Source: Vicinamibacteria bacterium (GTDB taxonomy: Bacteria; Acidobacteriota; Vicinamibacteria; Marinacidobacterales; Marinacidobacteraceae). From it: a DNA stretch of 64,000 bases. Location of the stretch: positions 1,760,001 to 1,824,000 of the forward strand of contig OZ219816.1 of the NCBI GenBank assembly GCA_964291235.2, read 5' to 3'. The position numbers and the translations under genes were made by a program. Numbering within the stretch: position 1 is the first letter of the stretch; each line of letters begins with the position of its first letter. The notes below the pieces were generated by a model. The model worked only from the letters and a program-made list of their open reading frames with translations, searched no databases and was not told the DNA's origin. Below, in pieces: positions 61,468 to 64,000 of this stretch.

Positions 61468-62576
61468 CCGAGCGGGTCCCGGTCGAAACGCCGGGACGGA
61501 GCGCTTCCTACGAGATCGTCATCGGAGGCGCGGCGCTCGACGAACTGGCGTCGTTCCTCGGCACCCGCTTCGCCAAGCGCCGCGTCGCCGTGATCGGCGA
61601 CGCCGAAGCGCTGCGATACCACGGCGACCGGCTACGCGCCGGACTTCCACAAGATACCCCGGTTCTCGAGGTACCCCCCGGCGAAGCGTCGAAATCGCGA
61701 GCCGAAAAAATGCGCCTCGAGGACGAACTCCTCTCCCGCCGCCTGGGCCGCGACACGGTAGTCGTCGGATTCGGCGGCGGCGTCGTGACCGATCTCGCGG
61801 GGTTCGTGGCCGCGACCTACCTTCGCGGAGTGCCCTTTGTGGCGGTGCCGACCACGCTGCTCGCGGCAGTGGACGCTTCCGTGGGGGGCAAGACAGGGGT
61901 CAACACTCCGCACGGAAAGAACCTGATCGGAGTGTTCAGCCAGCCTGCCGCCGTCTTCGCGGACACCCGGTGTCTCGCAACCCTCTCCGAACCGGACTTC
62001 CTGAGCGGGGTCGCCGAGGCCCTCAAGATGGCCACCACCAGCGACGCGGAACTGTTCGCCGAGTTGGAAGGGGACACCCGAACCCTGCGAGCCCGGGATT
62101 CCGGCGCGCTGATCCGGCTCATCGCCGCGGCGGTCCGGATCAAGACGGCCGTCGTCGCCGCCGACGAACGGGAGAGCGGGTTGCGCGAGGTGCTCAACTT
62201 CGGCCACACCATCGGACACGGCCTCGAGCACGCGACGGATTACCGGCTGGCGCACGGCGCCGCGACCGCCATCGGCATGATCGCGGAGAGCCGGATGGCG
62301 CGGCGGGCAGGTGTTCTGGAACCCGAGGCCGAAGACCGTCTTCACTCCCTGATCGACGCCATCGGCCTGCCGAAACGAACGTCCGGCAAGGTGGAGCGCG
62401 CCCGCGTCCTGGCGGCACTCGGGAGCGACAAGAAGGCGCGCGGCGGCGAAGCGCGTTTCGTCATGCTCGAAGCCATCGGCCGCGTCAGGAACCGGGATGG
62501 CCGGGGCCGGACGGCGTATTCCTTCCCCCTGCCCGCGGGAGTTGTGGATTCGGGGCTCTCGGCGATCGGGCTTTGA
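61464..62576 (+). CDS. aroB: 3-dehydroquinate synthase
   Basis: GEASKS, GGGVVTDLAGF, PTTLLAAVDASVGGKT, LNFGHTIGH. Confidence 0.94.
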   Translation: MTERVPVETPGRSASYEIVIGGAALDELASFLGTRFAKRRVAVIGDAEALRYHGDRLRAGLPQDTPVLEVPPGEASKSRAEKMRLEDELLSRRLGRDTVVVGFGGGVVTDLAGFVAATYLRGVPFVAVPTTLLAAVDASVGGKTGVNTPHGKNLIGVFSQPAAVFADTRCLATLSEPDFLSGVAEALKMATTSDAELFAELEGDTRTLRARDSGALIRLIAAAVRIKTAVVAADERESGLREVLNFGHTIGHGLEHATDYRLAHGAATAIGMIAESRMARRAGVLEPEAEDRLHSLIDAIGLPKRTSGKVERARVLAALGSDKKARGGEARFVMLEAIGRVRNRDGRGRTAYSFPLPAGVVDSGLSAIGL

Positions 62577-63907
62577 TCGAAATCGCCCCGGGGCCGGATG
62601 CTCCCTCCGCCTCGGTCCGGGTCCCCGGCAGCAAGTACGAGGCGAACCGGTTCCTGATCGCCGCCGCCCTCACCGACGGGACCACCCACCTCTCGGGCCT
62701 TCCGGAGGGGGAGGACATCCGGGCGGCCGTTTCGGCCGTAGGGGCGCTCGGCGCCCGCACCACGCGTCACGGGGCCGACCTCGAGGTGCGGGGTCCTCCG
62801 GATGCAAGTGGCGCGGCCGACACCGCTCCCGGCTCCGGGGACAGGACCGCGGTCTCGGTAGGCGAGTCAGGAACGCTGCTCCGCTTCCTGACGGCGGCGG
62901 CGGCCACCGTGCCGCAGACCGTCGCCATCGGCGGAACCGGAAGGATTCGAGAAAGGCCCATCGCGGACCTCGTGGCGGCGCTCGAGGCACTCGGCGCCGA
63001 CATCGGTACGACCCGGGGTTTCGCACCCCTCACGGTACGCTCCGGCCGGCTCAGCGGCGGGGAAGTACGGGTGGCCGCCACCCAAAGCAGCCAGTTCGCG
63101 AGCGCGCTGCTCCTTGCCGCCCCCCGCGCCGCCGGCGGGCTCTCCATCGTCTTGGAGAGCGATCCGGTGTCGGCTTCCTATCTCGACCTGACCGTCAGCG
63201 TGATGGCCCGCTGCGGGGTATCCGTCGAGCGGACCACGCCGCTCCGGTTCCGGGTGCGTCCGGGCGCCCGCTACCGACCCGGCGCACACCGGATTTCGGG
63301 GGACTGGACGACCGCGAGCTACTTCTTCGCCGCCGCCGCCATCGCGCCGGGGCGCGTCACGGTGGGCGGCCTCGATCCGGAATCTCCTCAGGGCGAACGA
63401 GGTTTCCCCGGGATCCTGAACCGGATGGGCTGCGGCGTGAAGGAGGAACGCTCGGAGGACGGCGTTCGGGTCACGGTCACCGGCGCCACGCGGCTCCGCG
63501 GGATCTCGGTTGATATGGGCTCGATGCCCGATGCCGCTCCCACGCTGGCGGCGATTGCGCCCTTCGCTGGGGAACCCACCCGTATTGGCGGGATCGGACA
63601 CCTGCGACACAAGGAGAGCGACCGGATCGCCGCCCTCGCCGACGGACTCCGCCGCCTCGGAGTCCGGGTATCTCCGGGGGAGGAGGGCCTTGCCATCGAG
63701 CCCCCGGGCGCGGATGACGCGTTTCGTCCGGGGCTCATAGACCCATACGGCGACCACCGGATCGCGATGGCGCTGGCGCTCACGGGGCTCCGGATTCCGG
63801 GAGTCCGGATCCGGACTCCGGACGTGGTCGGCAAGTCGTTCCCGGAGTTCTGGGACGCGTTGTCGGGACTCGGCGCGCGGGTGACCCGCCGGGAGGACGG
63901 GGCGTGA
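62573..63907 (+). CDS. aroA: 3-phosphoshikimate 1-carboxyvinyltransferase (EPSP synthase)
   Basis: PGSK, GESGTLLRFL, SSQFASALL, LRHKESDRI, DHRIAMA, KSFPEFW. Confidence 0.93.
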   Translation: MIEIAPGPDAPSASVRVPGSKYEANRFLIAAALTDGTTHLSGLPEGEDIRAAVSAVGALGARTTRHGADLEVRGPPDASGAADTAPGSGDRTAVSVGESGTLLRFLTAAAATVPQTVAIGGTGRIRERPIADLVAALEALGADIGTTRGFAPLTVRSGRLSGGEVRVAATQSSQFASALLLAAPRAAGGLSIVLESDPVSASYLDLTVSVMARCGVSVERTTPLRFRVRPGARYRPGAHRISGDWTTASYFFAAAAIAPGRVTVGGLDPESPQGERGFPGILNRMGCGVKEERSEDGVRVTVTGATRLRGISVDMGSMPDAAPTLAAIAPFAGEPTRIGGIGHLRHKESDRIAALADGLRRLGVRVSPGEEGLAIEPPGADDAFRPGLIDPYGDHRIAMALALTGLRIPGVRIRTPDVVGKSFPEFWDALSGLGARVTRREDGA

Positions 63908-64000
63908 CCGACGCCTTGCCCCCGGTAGGCCGGAGCGGCCGGAGTGCCGCCTTCCCCAATGTGGTGCTCATCGGCGCCCGGGCTTCGGGGAAGAGCCGGG
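63904..64000 (+). CDS. aroK: Probable shikimate kinase, N-terminus only
   Basis: GTGA overlap with aroA; NVVLIGARASGKS P-loop; truncated by the window. Confidence 0.7.
   Translation, partial: MTDALPPVGRSGRSAAFPNVVLIGARASGKSR

Overview
High-GC bacterial chromosomal window; the duplicated-orphan ABC permease, TonB receptor and prfB context suggest Acidobacteriota (inference). Left to right it holds the export half of an NHLP/NHLM-type RiPP cluster, a TonB receptor, secreted hydrolases and a 1380-aa M14 peptidase. An accessory zone at 18-24 kb carries an IS110 element, an HNH nuclease and an IS3 inside a tandem repeat. Then come pepQ, a glutaminyl cyclase, a Na+/solute symporter, a PQQ-cytochrome c dehydrogenase with the lanthanide-type Asp, vapBC relics, frameshifted prfB, nfeD/slipin, greA, a UGA-interrupted (selenocysteine) peroxiredoxin, two creatininase paralogs, dnaK-dnaJ-hspR and aromatic amino-acid genes. 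The best finding is an apparently complete IS110 bridge-RNA recombination system readable from sequence. Its non-coding left end has two internal-loop hairpins whose guides match this element's own insertion site and circular-junction donor, and circularisation builds a 17-bp-spaced promoter. Its target is an 18-bp motif (CCCCACCGGGAGAACTGG) that itself appears as an insertion at different positions inside other repeat families. All calls come from reading the sequence and recognising motifs; no searches or folding programs were run.
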